Assembly (NCBI GenBank): GCA_937625935.1
Contig: OW569344.1
Coordinates: 310,001 to 374,000, forward strand
Direction: 5' to 3'
Origin: Tetramitus jugosus
Lineage: Eukaryota; Protista; Heterolobosea
Length of the DNA: 64,000 bases
Under the pieces are notes generated by a model. It was not told the origin of the DNA. It saw only the letters and a list, made by a program, of their open reading frames with translations, and searched no databases. The stretch's first letter is position 1. Each line of letters opens with the position of its first letter. Made by a program: the position numbers and the translations under genes. Below are positions 31,938 through 41,706 of this stretch, piece by piece.

Positions 31938-32900
31938 TCAATTCTTTTCATGTACCTTATAGAATGGACCCTTAATGGTCACATTGATTGTCTCATCCAA
32001 AACCTGCCTAGTTCTCTCCAAAAGAGCATCCTTTTCCTGTTCACCATAGGAAGAATGCCATAATTGGAACACGTAGTCCACAGGACGTGCACTGACTGAT
32101 ATTCCACAAATTTCGTCTCCCTCCAACTCCAAAAAATCAGAGTACTGTTCTCCAATGACCGCAAACACGAGTTCACGCCAAACATCCTGTGCATGAGCCT
32201 TGTCCACTCTAAATATCCACTCGCCACCATGAATGTTGGCAGGATCTTCCCACAATGGCAAAATTGAATCAAAATCATTGTCTTCAGTCGTCTTTTCTGA
32301 CTCAGTGTCACTCTTGGTGACCTTCTTGGTTACAGGATTCGAGCCTTCATCGTCATCATCATCATCAAAAATTGAATCCATCATTGATGATTCACTGTCC
32401 TTTTTCGCTTGACTGTGATCAATCATGTATTTGCTTTTGTTTATTGTGCCATCACTTCTGTGTGCATTCAGTTTCTTCATCAAATGAAACGAATCCTTTG
32501 TCTCCAATTGATAAACAGATGGTAAATTGTTGAAACAGCTCCAAAATCCCTGAATCGTATCAAATTCACACAACTCTTTCAAATTTTCATTCTTCTTCTT
32601 CTGATCTCCAGTCACTTGGACAGTCCAATCGGATTTTGTCATTTGTTTCTCATGGAAGAATCTCCATGCATGCTCTAGCATTTTTGGCTTGGATGATACG
32701 GAAGATGAGGATCGAGGTCTTTGTTCACTGCCCATTGTCATGACTGAAGAAGCAGAAGAAGCACTCCTTGTTCTGCTGTCTTGGTTCAATTGTTGTTGAT
32801 TGTTGTTCGAATCATCTCCTCCATCTGAATGATCAGAATCAAACTGATGAGGAACATTATCACGGTTGCTGATTGATTTCTTCCTTCCTGTACTGCTCAT
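31938..32900 (-). CDS. eIF4E family cap-binding protein (class III-like) with large insertion
   Basis: LEHAWRFF, TIQGFWSCFNNLP, SFHLMK...ILPLWEDPANIHGGEW, VWRELVFAVIGEQY, ICGISVSAR...QLW. Confidence 0.9.
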   Translation of the reverse strand: MSSTGRKKSISNRDNVPHQFDSDHSDGGDDSNNNQQQLNQDSRTRSASSASSVMTMGSEQRPRSSSSVSSKPKMLEHAWRFFHEKQMTKSDWTVQVTGDQKKKNENLKELCEFDTIQGFWSCFNNLPSVYQLETKDSFHLMKKLNAHRSDGTINKSKYMIDHSQAKKDSESSMMDSIFDDDDDDEGSNPVTKKVTKSDTESEKTTEDNDFDSILPLWEDPANIHGGEWIFRVDKAHAQDVWRELVFAVIGEQYSDFLELEGDEICGISVSARPVDYVFQLWHSSYGEQEKDALLERTRQVLDETINVTIKGPFYKVHEKN

Positions 32901-32971
32901 GAGCTGCTCCAATGTCAATTTGGGATTTGCGTTTTTTTTCTCGTGTGTTTTTTTCGGAAGTCGGAGTGAAT

Positions 32972-32979
32972 TTTCGCGC
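32972..32979. promoter_or_regulatory. E2F-consensus site TTTCGCGC in the eIF4E/SMC5 divergent promoter
   Basis: Exact TTTSSCGC match about 145 nt upstream of the SMC5 ATG. Confidence 0.35.
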
Positions 32980-33124
32980 GTTTTCTGGAAATGTCTGGAA
33001 GAAAATTGATGCACACAAATTTTTGTGTGGGAGTCCCTCACAAAAAAAAGAAGCAGTTACACATCAATACAATAAATTGAACGATTAGCACACACAGAGA
33101 AAGGATTGTTGTTGCTGAGATAGA

Positions 33125-36100
33125 ATGACCAAACTGATTCCACAAGCCCAACTCCCACAATACAGAGATGGAAGCATAAAGAGGGTTCAACTGCACAATT
33201 TTATGACCTATGATGATTGTCTGTTTGAACCTGGACCTGGCTTGAATCTAGTGCTAGGCCCCAACGGATCTGGAAAGAGTTCAATAGTCAGTGCACTGTG
33301 TGTAGGATTGACTGGTGATGCCAATGTATGAATCAACCATTTTTGAGTTTGTTGTTGTTTTTTCTGTTGTTTAATGTGATGAATGATTTCTCAACTGACA
33401 CTGACACTCACATACAACTTTCATCTCCAATCACACAGTTATTGGGCAGAGCAAGCAAAGTAGGTGACTATATCCAAAGAAACAAAAAGGAGGCATTCGT
33501 TGAGATTACACTGCATCAGACACCTCCAAAGAAGGACATTCGAATTATGAGAATGTTGACGAGCAGTGGAAGCAAATGGAAAATCAATGGAAGAACAGTC
33601 ACCAGCGAATACGCAAAAGAAACCATTCAACGACTGAATATTCAACTCAACAATCTCACACAGTTTTTGCCTCAGGACAAGGTGACAGAATTTGCTAGTC
33701 TGGGACCAGTGGATCTATTGAAACAGACAGAGCATGCCGTTCTACCAAAGGATGTCATTGAAGCACATCAACAACTGATTGACATTCAAAAGCAATACCA
33801 AGGAATGAACACGACGGTGGAAGATTTGCAGAATCAAATCGAAGTTCTCAAAAAGAAGAATGAACTGTTGGAGAGAGACGTGGAAAAGATTCGAGAAAGA
33901 GAGCGCTTGCTTCAGGAAATTGAAAAATATGAGATTGCACTTCCCTTTATTGAATTTGAGGAGAAGCAAAAAGAGGGACGAGAGGTTCGTAACTCGTTGA
34001 AAGAGAAGGAGTCCTTGTTGAAACAATTTGATTCCAAGTTGGCACCAATCGAGGGATTGCTCAGAAAGTTGCAAGCAGACAGAAAACGTGTCATTGAGAA
34101 TCAAAGCAGTGCAAAACTCAAATCAGAACAATTTCAGCATGAATTTAGAGATATATTGAACAAAATGAGAGATTTGGAAGCAAGAGACAGCGAGGATAAA
34201 AAACGTCTCAAATCACTAAAGCATGAGGAGAAGGAACGAGAGAGAACTATTGCTGAAATTCAACAAAAAATCAAGAATGCTCAGAATCACTTGGCAAACT
34301 CGAAATCTATTGAGCAAATAGGACAAGAGATTAATAATATTAACCCCGAGTACAAGAAAATTGATGACGATCTCGAAATGTATGAATCCAAGAGAAGAGA
34401 ACGAAAATCTGAGATTGATGCTTGCCACAGAGACATTGCGGCCAAGAAAAAGAGACTTGATCAGTTGGATAATATCAAATTTCAACGTTTGGAAGCTTTT
34501 AGGCGGATGGGTTCACTGCATGAAGTCCGTGCCTACGAGTGGATACAGCAGAATAGTTCCCGATTCAAGGGTAAGGTGTATTTCCTTCCATTAGAGATAT
34601 CTGTAAGAGAGGAACTACATGCAATGTACATTGAGAATCATTGTCCTCGGTGGTTGTTACAAGCATTTGTTTGTGAAGAAGATGTCGATCGACAATTGAT
34701 TTTAAGGGAGGTTGCCGATCGAATGTCTTTGAATATTACCGTATCATATGCCTCGAATGTCAACAACACTCTTCCCCCTAGAGTACATGACATTGGACAG
34801 TTACGCAAGTATGGTGTCACACATTTCTTGGACGAAACATTTGACGCGCCTCCTATTATTAAGCAAATTATGAATGATAACGCCCAGTTATATAAGGTAG
34901 CTTGTGGTACGAGTATAACAAACAACGAATGGGAGAATTTGTTCAGAGATACCGAAATCAAACAAGCATTTGCTCCTGGAAATAGATATACCGCAAAGTT
35001 CTCCAAGTATGACAGAAATGCCATTTCAACTGCTGTCTTACCTTTAAAGCCAACAAAGGTGTTCCAAGCTGTTGATGTCTCCGAACGAGATAAAATTATG
35101 AGAGATATTGATCACAAGGCACAACAAATCAACAATATCACTGCCAGTTTGAAGGAGTATGAAGAAGCTGAAAATAATGCCCAAGTGCAACTTGAGAGGT
35201 TGAATGCTTTAAAAAATCAACTAACGAAAGAAAATCGGTCCATCATTCAAACTCAACAAAGAATCGGACAGATGCAATCTGAACTAAAGCGATTTGATGG
35301 TACTTTTGATATGGTGGCTCGTGAACGTGAGATCAAAGCAAACTTAGTATTGGTTGCGCGACAACGAGTCAAATACGCGATGCAATTGGCCTTAAAGACG
35401 AAAGAAGCAACCGATTTGAGTCTTGAACAAGATCGATATCCTCTTGAGAAACTGTTGATCGATTCCAAGGCAGAAAAGGCGGAAGAGGAGAAGCATACTA
35501 TTGAAACAAATCGACAAGTCGTAGCTCAAACTGTGCGCGCACTGCGGGACGATTCCTCCAAAATCAACGCTGAATTAAGAAAGTTGAAGGATGAAGCTAC
35601 TACAATTAAAGAGCGATTCATGGAGAAGCACCCAGAGTTAACGAACGATCAATTTGGACAAATAATAGAATCTCTTCCAAAGGACAGGGATACTGTCTCT
35701 ATGAAAATCACAGACATACGTGAAAGAATTCAACAGATCCATAATGATCCCTCAATTATGGAGCAATACGAGAAACGAAAGGTTGATATTGAACAAAAAG
35801 AAGCAGCTTTAAAGATTCACCAAAATAACCTAGACAACTATGACTCACAGATCAAGAAGCTAAAAGATGTATGGTTAGGCTCATTACGGCCTTGCGTCGA
35901 AACGATCAATGAATCGTTCGTTCAAAATTGTAAGAATATTGGAATTAGTGGTGAAGTTTCACTGAGCGAAGATGAAACTGATTTCGACAAGTGGGCCATT
36001 CAAATCAAGGTTAAATTCAGAGACAGCGAACAATTCGCTCTCCTGAATGCTAACCGTCAAAGTGGTGGTGAGAGATCTGTTACTACTATGCTCTATCTTT

Positions 36101-36387
36101 TGTCATTGCAAGCTTTGAATCGGTGTCCCTTCCGTGTTGTTGATGAAATTAACCAAGGTATGGATCCAGAAAATGAACGAAAGATCTTCTATCTGATGCT
36201 GGACAGCAGTCGGGGATCAGATGTGTCTCAATCGTTCCTGATTACACCAAAGCTACTGCCAAACCTTGTACCTGATCACGCAAACAATATCACTATTTTA
36301 TTTATCTACAACGGAATGTACAATCTGAAGCAAGAAGATTGGGACAAGTATGCAAACAAGATTGGCTTTGGCAATCAGTATGACTGA
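33125..36387 (+). CDS. SMC5: Structural maintenance of chromosomes protein 5
   Basis: NFMTY, Walker A GPNGSGKSS, intron 33326-33438, QFLPQDKV, coiled coils, QSGGERSV, CPFRVVDEINQGMDPENER. Confidence 0.96.
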
Positions 36388-36465
36388 AGAACATGATTCT
36401 ATGGGAAATAAACTTGTCGTGATTTTTGTTCACCCCAAAAACACAAGACAACCAAAAATCACATC

Positions 36466-36777
36466 ATGACCAGCAAAATTTCTGCCTACCGAGACCTGAA
36501 AGTACTTGTGCCTGTATTCTTCCTGGTAGGAGTGGGAATCGAGTCATTCATGCTCAGCACAGGATTCTACGAATTGAGAACGAACAGAGAAGCACTGAGG
36601 AAAGCAACAAGAAAAGCCGAATTCGAAGAAGCGAAAGAAAAAGTTGCATTGCATGTTCTGCGGCAAAAGTACCACATGAACGTCAAGAGTGATTACATTA
36701 GCAACATGAGGAGAGAACAGATTGAACGAGAAGCGAGAGAAAAGCAAGAAAGAATGCAACGAAAAGCACAACAATAA
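36466..36777 (+). CDS. Small single-pass mitochondrial protein, SMIM4/UQCC5-like
   Basis: VPVFFLVGVGIESFMLSTGFYE resembles the SMIM4 motif (LPFFFVLGGTMEWIMI...FYD), followed by a charged coiled coil. Confidence 0.55.
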   Translation: MTSKISAYRDLKVLVPVFFLVGVGIESFMLSTGFYELRTNREALRKATRKAEFEEAKEKVALHVLRQKYHMNVKSDYISNMRREQIEREAREKQERMQRKAQQ

Positions 36778-36884
36778 AAACATCGGAGTTTTTATTTTGT
36801 TGAACTTCTGGTAAATTTCCGACAGACTGAAATTGATCGTTTCACAAACACAAAGCAATAAAGACCAAGTCGAGTGGAAGTTAC

Positions 36885-38527
36885 ATGCCGATTATCGATC
36901 ATCATCAATCAACGCCAACAACACAAGAAGCAACAACAATTAATACAATGGAGGAACAACAACGAGACGCCGTTGACAATCATCTCATGTCCAAAATCCG
37001 ATCTTCATTGCAAAATACACGACAATTGTTTTCCTCATGTCCCGAGGACATGTATCTGTTGGAAGATTACAACAGGTATGTATGATTACAGTGTAGTGTC
37101 ACTTGTATTATTCTGGACTTTCATACTCACTCATACAATGGACCTCTGTGAATAAAAATAGTGCCAAAATGTCCATTGCTACAAAGATGAAATCAGATTA
37201 CGGTGATGCATACATGTTGAGCACTCTGAATGAAGACAATAATATAGCAACAGCAACATCAACAAATAACAACAAGATTGGTAAAATTGTACAGCAATTA
37301 TCAGAAGACTCCAAGAAACAAAAAACAACAACAACAACAACAACAGCAACAATAGACAGCAAAAAGAGAAAATCATCGACTGCACTCAGTATACTCGACA
37401 CTGAATTCAATACCCAAAAGAAACAAGCCAGTATTTCTGCACTCGACTCCACCACTAGCACTGCTCTAACGACTACTGTTGCCAACTTGAATCAAAGATC
37501 ACTGGACATGCATGAGAAGAGAATCAGAAGAGAAGAGGCAATGAAACCAACATGGCATGCACCATGGAAACAAATGCGCGTGATACATGGTCACAATGGA
37601 TGGGTACGATGTGTTGCAGTAGATGTGAGCAATGAGTGGTTTGCAGTGGGATCATCTGATCAAACCATCAAAATTTTTGATTTGGCAAGTGGTAGATTAA
37701 AATTAACGCTCACTGGACACATTAGCACCGTTCGAGGACTGGCCATATCAGACAGAAGTCCATACTTGTTCTCTGTAGGTGAAGATAAGACTGTCAAGTG
37801 TTGGGATTTGGAACAAAACAAGTGTGTTAGGCAGTATCATGGTCATTTGAGTGGCGTTTATTGTTGTACGTTGCATCCCTCACTGGATTTGTTAATCACA
37901 GGAGGTAGAGACTCTAGCGCGCGCGTTTGGGATATTCGGACAAAAGCTCAAATTCATTTGCTGACAGGGCACTCTGATACGGTGTCATCTGTTCAAGCTC
38001 AATCAGCTGAGCCACAAATTATCACGAGTTCAATGGACTCAATGATACGGTTGTGGGACATTAGAACTGGTAGGACCCGAGTGACTCTAACTAATCATAA
38101 GAAGTCTGTGCGATCAACAGTGTTACACCCTTCTGAGTACACATTTGCTAGTGCATCATCAGACAACATCAAAAAGTGGAAATGTCCGGAGGGAAAGTTT
38201 ATGCAGAACTTTTCTGGTCATGATGCTGTGATAAACACTCTGGCTGTCAACAATGACAATGTTCTGATGTCTGGTGCTGATGATGGTTCAATGGCCTTCT
38301 GGGATTGGAAGACTGGCCACAAATTCCAAGAAACAAAAACTGTTGTACAACCTGGCTCGTTGGATTGTGAGGCAGCCATCTTTTGCTCGACTTTTGACCG
38401 ATCTGGAGCGAGACTCATCACAGGAGAAGGGGACAAGACAATTAAAGTGTGGAAAGAGGATGAGACAGCAAGCGAAGAAACTCATCCAATCAATTGGAAG
38501 CCCAACCTGCAGATGAAAAACTATTGA
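36885..38527 (+). CDS. PLRG1: Pleiotropic regulator 1 / Prp46 (NTC WD40 protein)
   Basis: Intron 37076-37161. [81 protein letters not shown]. Confidence 0.96.
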
Positions 38528-38935
38528 ACTGTTTATTCAATCTCAAACTTGATAGGGTTTTGTAACCCCTCGTAAGTTCATGGTTCCTTGACAATCGGCC
38601 AAAAAAAACTAAAATTGTCATTTGTAAAACGAATAGAAAAACACTGGAAAAGCAAAACTCACATTCGACATTACCTCCAAGCACATTCAAGCTTTCTCTT
38701 CCAAGTTGCACCTAGAGACAAGACAGATATTGTACTTTGAGTCTTCAACAAACGCCCCGCTTGCTGCAAATTCCTCTCACCAAAACATTGTGAACATCCT
38801 ATCATCAATCAAAAAAACTCTCCCAAGAACCCACCACGAAAAACTCATTTTTTTCTTCTTTTCACCTCTCAAAAACCAAACACACATTGAGAGCAACAAA
38901 CAATCCATCTTCAAATCTAAATAACACATAAACAA

Positions 38936-40294
38936 ATGCAACAGTATGAACTACACACCAACGACCCATCGTCGAATCGTCACTGTTGTCTGATGCTTCT
39001 TCCACCTGACCTCCTTCAGCTTTTGGAACGGCATTCCTCTGAGAATCCAAGCATCACATTCACCAAATCGCAAGCCATTGTGAAACTGTCGTCCAACAAG
39101 CAGTACACGTTCAAAATCTTTCCTGAGAAAAAAAGTGATGTTGACCTCTATCGCTTCAGCAATGACAACAACACGTTTGAGCAAGTCGGCGTTGTCCAGA
39201 ACAAGTTAATGGTCGAAGGTTTGTCAATGAACGATGCCTTTGCTGAGAAGATTCGGAGAGAAACAGAGGAGAAGAATAGGAAAGACAAGGAAATATCGGT
39301 CATTTCACCAGGAACCAAAAAGTATGGCGGTCATTCGAGTGGTAGCAGCAGTGGTAACAGTGGTAGTGTGAGGCGTAGAGTCGTACCCACAACAGGCAGC
39401 AACGCGAGTGGAAACAGCAGTAGCAGCAGCAACAGTAGTAGCAATAACAGTGTAAATATGTTAAATCATCAGAAACCACCTCCAAAGGCTAGTTTCGATG
39501 CATCTGTGCTACAAAAACTGCGGCAAAAACAAGCATCGGATGAATCTCTGCAGCAAAGCACTACGAACAATAGTAGTAGTAGTAGTAGTAGCAGCAGTGG
39601 TGCTCTGACCAGAAAATCAACCACAACGACAGGAAAGAGAAAGGTTTCAACGCCACCATCGATTTCAACAACTACTTCCACTACGACGGCTATTCAAGCT
39701 CCTCCACCTCAAAAGAAGCAACGCGCGAACAATGAATCTGATTCGAATAGCGATGGTTATGTCTCCAATAGGAGTGATGATGAAGATCAGTTCGCAAGGG
39801 GTGGAACGACGTCAAGTGGCCGAAAATCCACCAACAGTAACAATGGTAGCAGTAGTAATAGTACGAATGGTGGATCATCAAAGCAGAGACACGCATTCTA
39901 CAATATTCCTGTTCGGTCGTTGTTCGCAGAGTTTGAAGAATTGAGCAATGTTGATTTTACGCAGTTGAAGCCTGACTTGGACAAGTACAAGAAGGATATT
40001 GAGACTCCTGAGCAATACAGAGAGTTACGAAAAGCATATGAGGAGAAATACAAGTTGTATTCTTTAATTTTTGATCGATTGAAGAAGAATACTGAGCTCT
40101 TCAATGACATGTATCACCAGTACCAGAAGTTGGCTGATACGCAGGAGAAGGAGAATTTGTTTGAGAAAATGAAACAGTTGTACAAGTTGAGACGATCTCA
40201 AACAAGCCTTCTCAGTGAAAAGTACAAGTGCCTTCATGAGGAGCTGGGCGAAATTAAGGCCAATGTTTCTCGCTTCGTCCGGAATATGGACTAA
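38936..40294 (+). CDS. ELL-like Pol II elongation factor (occludin/ELL C-terminal domain)
   Basis: C-terminal DIETPEQYRELRKAYEEKYKLY...EKYKCLHEELGEIKANVSRF, N-terminal ELL-like beta domain, Ser-rich linker. Confidence 0.7.
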   Translation: MQQYELHTNDPSSNRHCCLMLLPPDLLQLLERHSSENPSITFTKSQAIVKLSSNKQYTFKIFPEKKSDVDLYRFSNDNNTFEQVGVVQNKLMVEGLSMNDAFAEKIRRETEEKNRKDKEISVISPGTKKYGGHSSGSSSGNSGSVRRRVVPTTGSNASGNSSSSSNSSSNNSVNMLNHQKPPPKASFDASVLQKLRQKQASDESLQQSTTNNSSSSSSSSSGALTRKSTTTTGKRKVSTPPSISTTTSTTTAIQAPPPQKKQRANNESDSNSDGYVSNRSDDEDQFARGGTTSSGRKSTNSNNGSSSNSTNGGSSKQRHAFYNIPVRSLFAEFEELSNVDFTQLKPDLDKYKKDIETPEQYRELRKAYEEKYKLYSLIFDRLKKNTELFNDMYHQYQKLADTQEKENLFEKMKQLYKLRRSQTSLLSEKYKCLHEELGEIKANVSRFVRNMD

Positions 40295-40523
40295 GCACAT
40301 GGTAGCCACAATGCTCGCCTCAGCGGTATTCGGAAATCAGAAAATTTGTGTCGTATTCTGTAGAAGATGTGTACTAGACATTCATATTATCATCAGTTCA
40401 TCTGACACACATCTGATTCCTTGCCAGGAAATTAATTGGTCCAAGAAGGATTCGAATAAAACAATCTGTCAGACACTTTCAATTGCCAAAACCATCAAAA
40501 AAAAGTTGTGAAGGCATGCAATC

Positions 40524-41450
40524 ATGGAACGAGTCATCAATATCATATTCAACAAATCAATCACCAATTGTGTGAGATACAACAGAGAGTCACAGCATAG
40601 TGTGCTTGCCATCATCGATCATTTACAGCAGTGTTATCATCAGACAACGTGCCCAATTAAAACATTTGGCACTTTACAAGATATGAAAGATGCTTATTCT
40701 CTGACAAGATTTCCATCCTTTTATTTAGAGTATGATCAATCAGAACGCAAACTATGTTTAATGGATGCCTCAAGGTGTGTGGAGGGACATGGATGGTCGA
40801 AACCAATGTCAATTGCTGTCGATTTCATGAATCCGACGACACAGTACAAGATACAACACAGCTATAATTCGAAATCTTCACTGATCAAAGCAGTATCTGT
40901 CAAGAATAAATCCAAGCAAGATACAGTTATTATTGACGGTACTGCTGGTCTGGGGGGTGATGCTTATGTGATATCGACGTTTGGATTTCAGATGGTATGG
41001 CTCGAAGAGAACCCCCTCGTTTGGGCCATATTGAGAGACGGATACAACAGGTGCCGAGACGAAGCAGAAGAAATCAAAAACTTAAAGTATTTATTCTGTC
41101 AGAATGTGCAGGACGTTGTTCACACAAACTCGACCCAATACACCGAAATGGAGGCAGATGTCGTCTATCTGGATCCAATGTTTACAGGAGAGTCGATTGA
41201 TAAGAAGGCAACGCCGAAAAAGGAGATGCAAATTCTTCGAGGTCTCCTTCACACTGATCTCGATGAGTGTCCATTGACCCGAGCTCGTGAAGAAGAAGCA
41301 AGATTGGATGAGTTGATAACCTGGGCCTTGAAGAGAACAACCAACAAGGTTGTATTGAAACGACCTAAGACAGCACCCAAACACACCATGGTGCACCACA
41401 GCTATGCTGAGGCAGACAACATTCGCTATGATATAATCATGAGGAGATAA
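40524..41450 (+). CDS. rsmJ: RsmJ/YhiQ-family SAM-dependent rRNA methyltransferase (bacterial 16S m2G1516 type)
   Basis: VDF, IIDGTAGLGGDAYVI, LEENPLVWAILRDG, DVVYLDPMF, KKEMQILR, KVVLKRP, RYDI. Confidence 0.85.
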   Translation: MERVINIIFNKSITNCVRYNRESQHSVLAIIDHLQQCYHQTTCPIKTFGTLQDMKDAYSLTRFPSFYLEYDQSERKLCLMDASRCVEGHGWSKPMSIAVDFMNPTTQYKIQHSYNSKSSLIKAVSVKNKSKQDTVIIDGTAGLGGDAYVISTFGFQMVWLEENPLVWAILRDGYNRCRDEAEEIKNLKYLFCQNVQDVVHTNSTQYTEMEADVVYLDPMFTGESIDKKATPKKEMQILRGLLHTDLDECPLTRAREEEARLDELITWALKRTTNKVVLKRPKTAPKHTMVHHSYAEADNIRYDIIMRR

Positions 41451-41457
41451 AAGTGCT

Positions 41458-41603
41458 GGATGTAGATTGGTGGTGTTTGAGATCCATTATCTGTCGTCTT
41501 GACCTATGCATCAATGATCACCTCCAATGTGCAGTAATATGTACTGGTTTGATGAAGAGGACGAACCTAATCTCCAAGCTCAGTCCTCCAGATACACAGT
41601 AGT
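41458..41603 (-). ncRNA. Box H/ACA snoRNA, predicted guide for the SSU pseudouridine in GAUGA-U-CAGAUAC (yeast 18S 999/snR31, human ACA8-type site)
   Basis: Minus strand: TACTG/CAGTA lower stem, pocket GTATCT/TCATC, GGAGGAC/GTCCTCT upper stem. H box ATATTA (41535-41540) lies 15 nt from the pocket top. Second hairpin TTGGAGGTG/CACCACCAA. ACA at 41461-41463. Confidence 0.75.
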
Positions 41604-41706
41604 TCCGTAATTAGGGATGGAAAGACCAAACGGGAGTTTTCAAGCGGCGCATTTCTTTTTTCTAAAATACTTGTGGGTGTTGAATTTTACTGTGGTGAAA
41701 AGGTCA

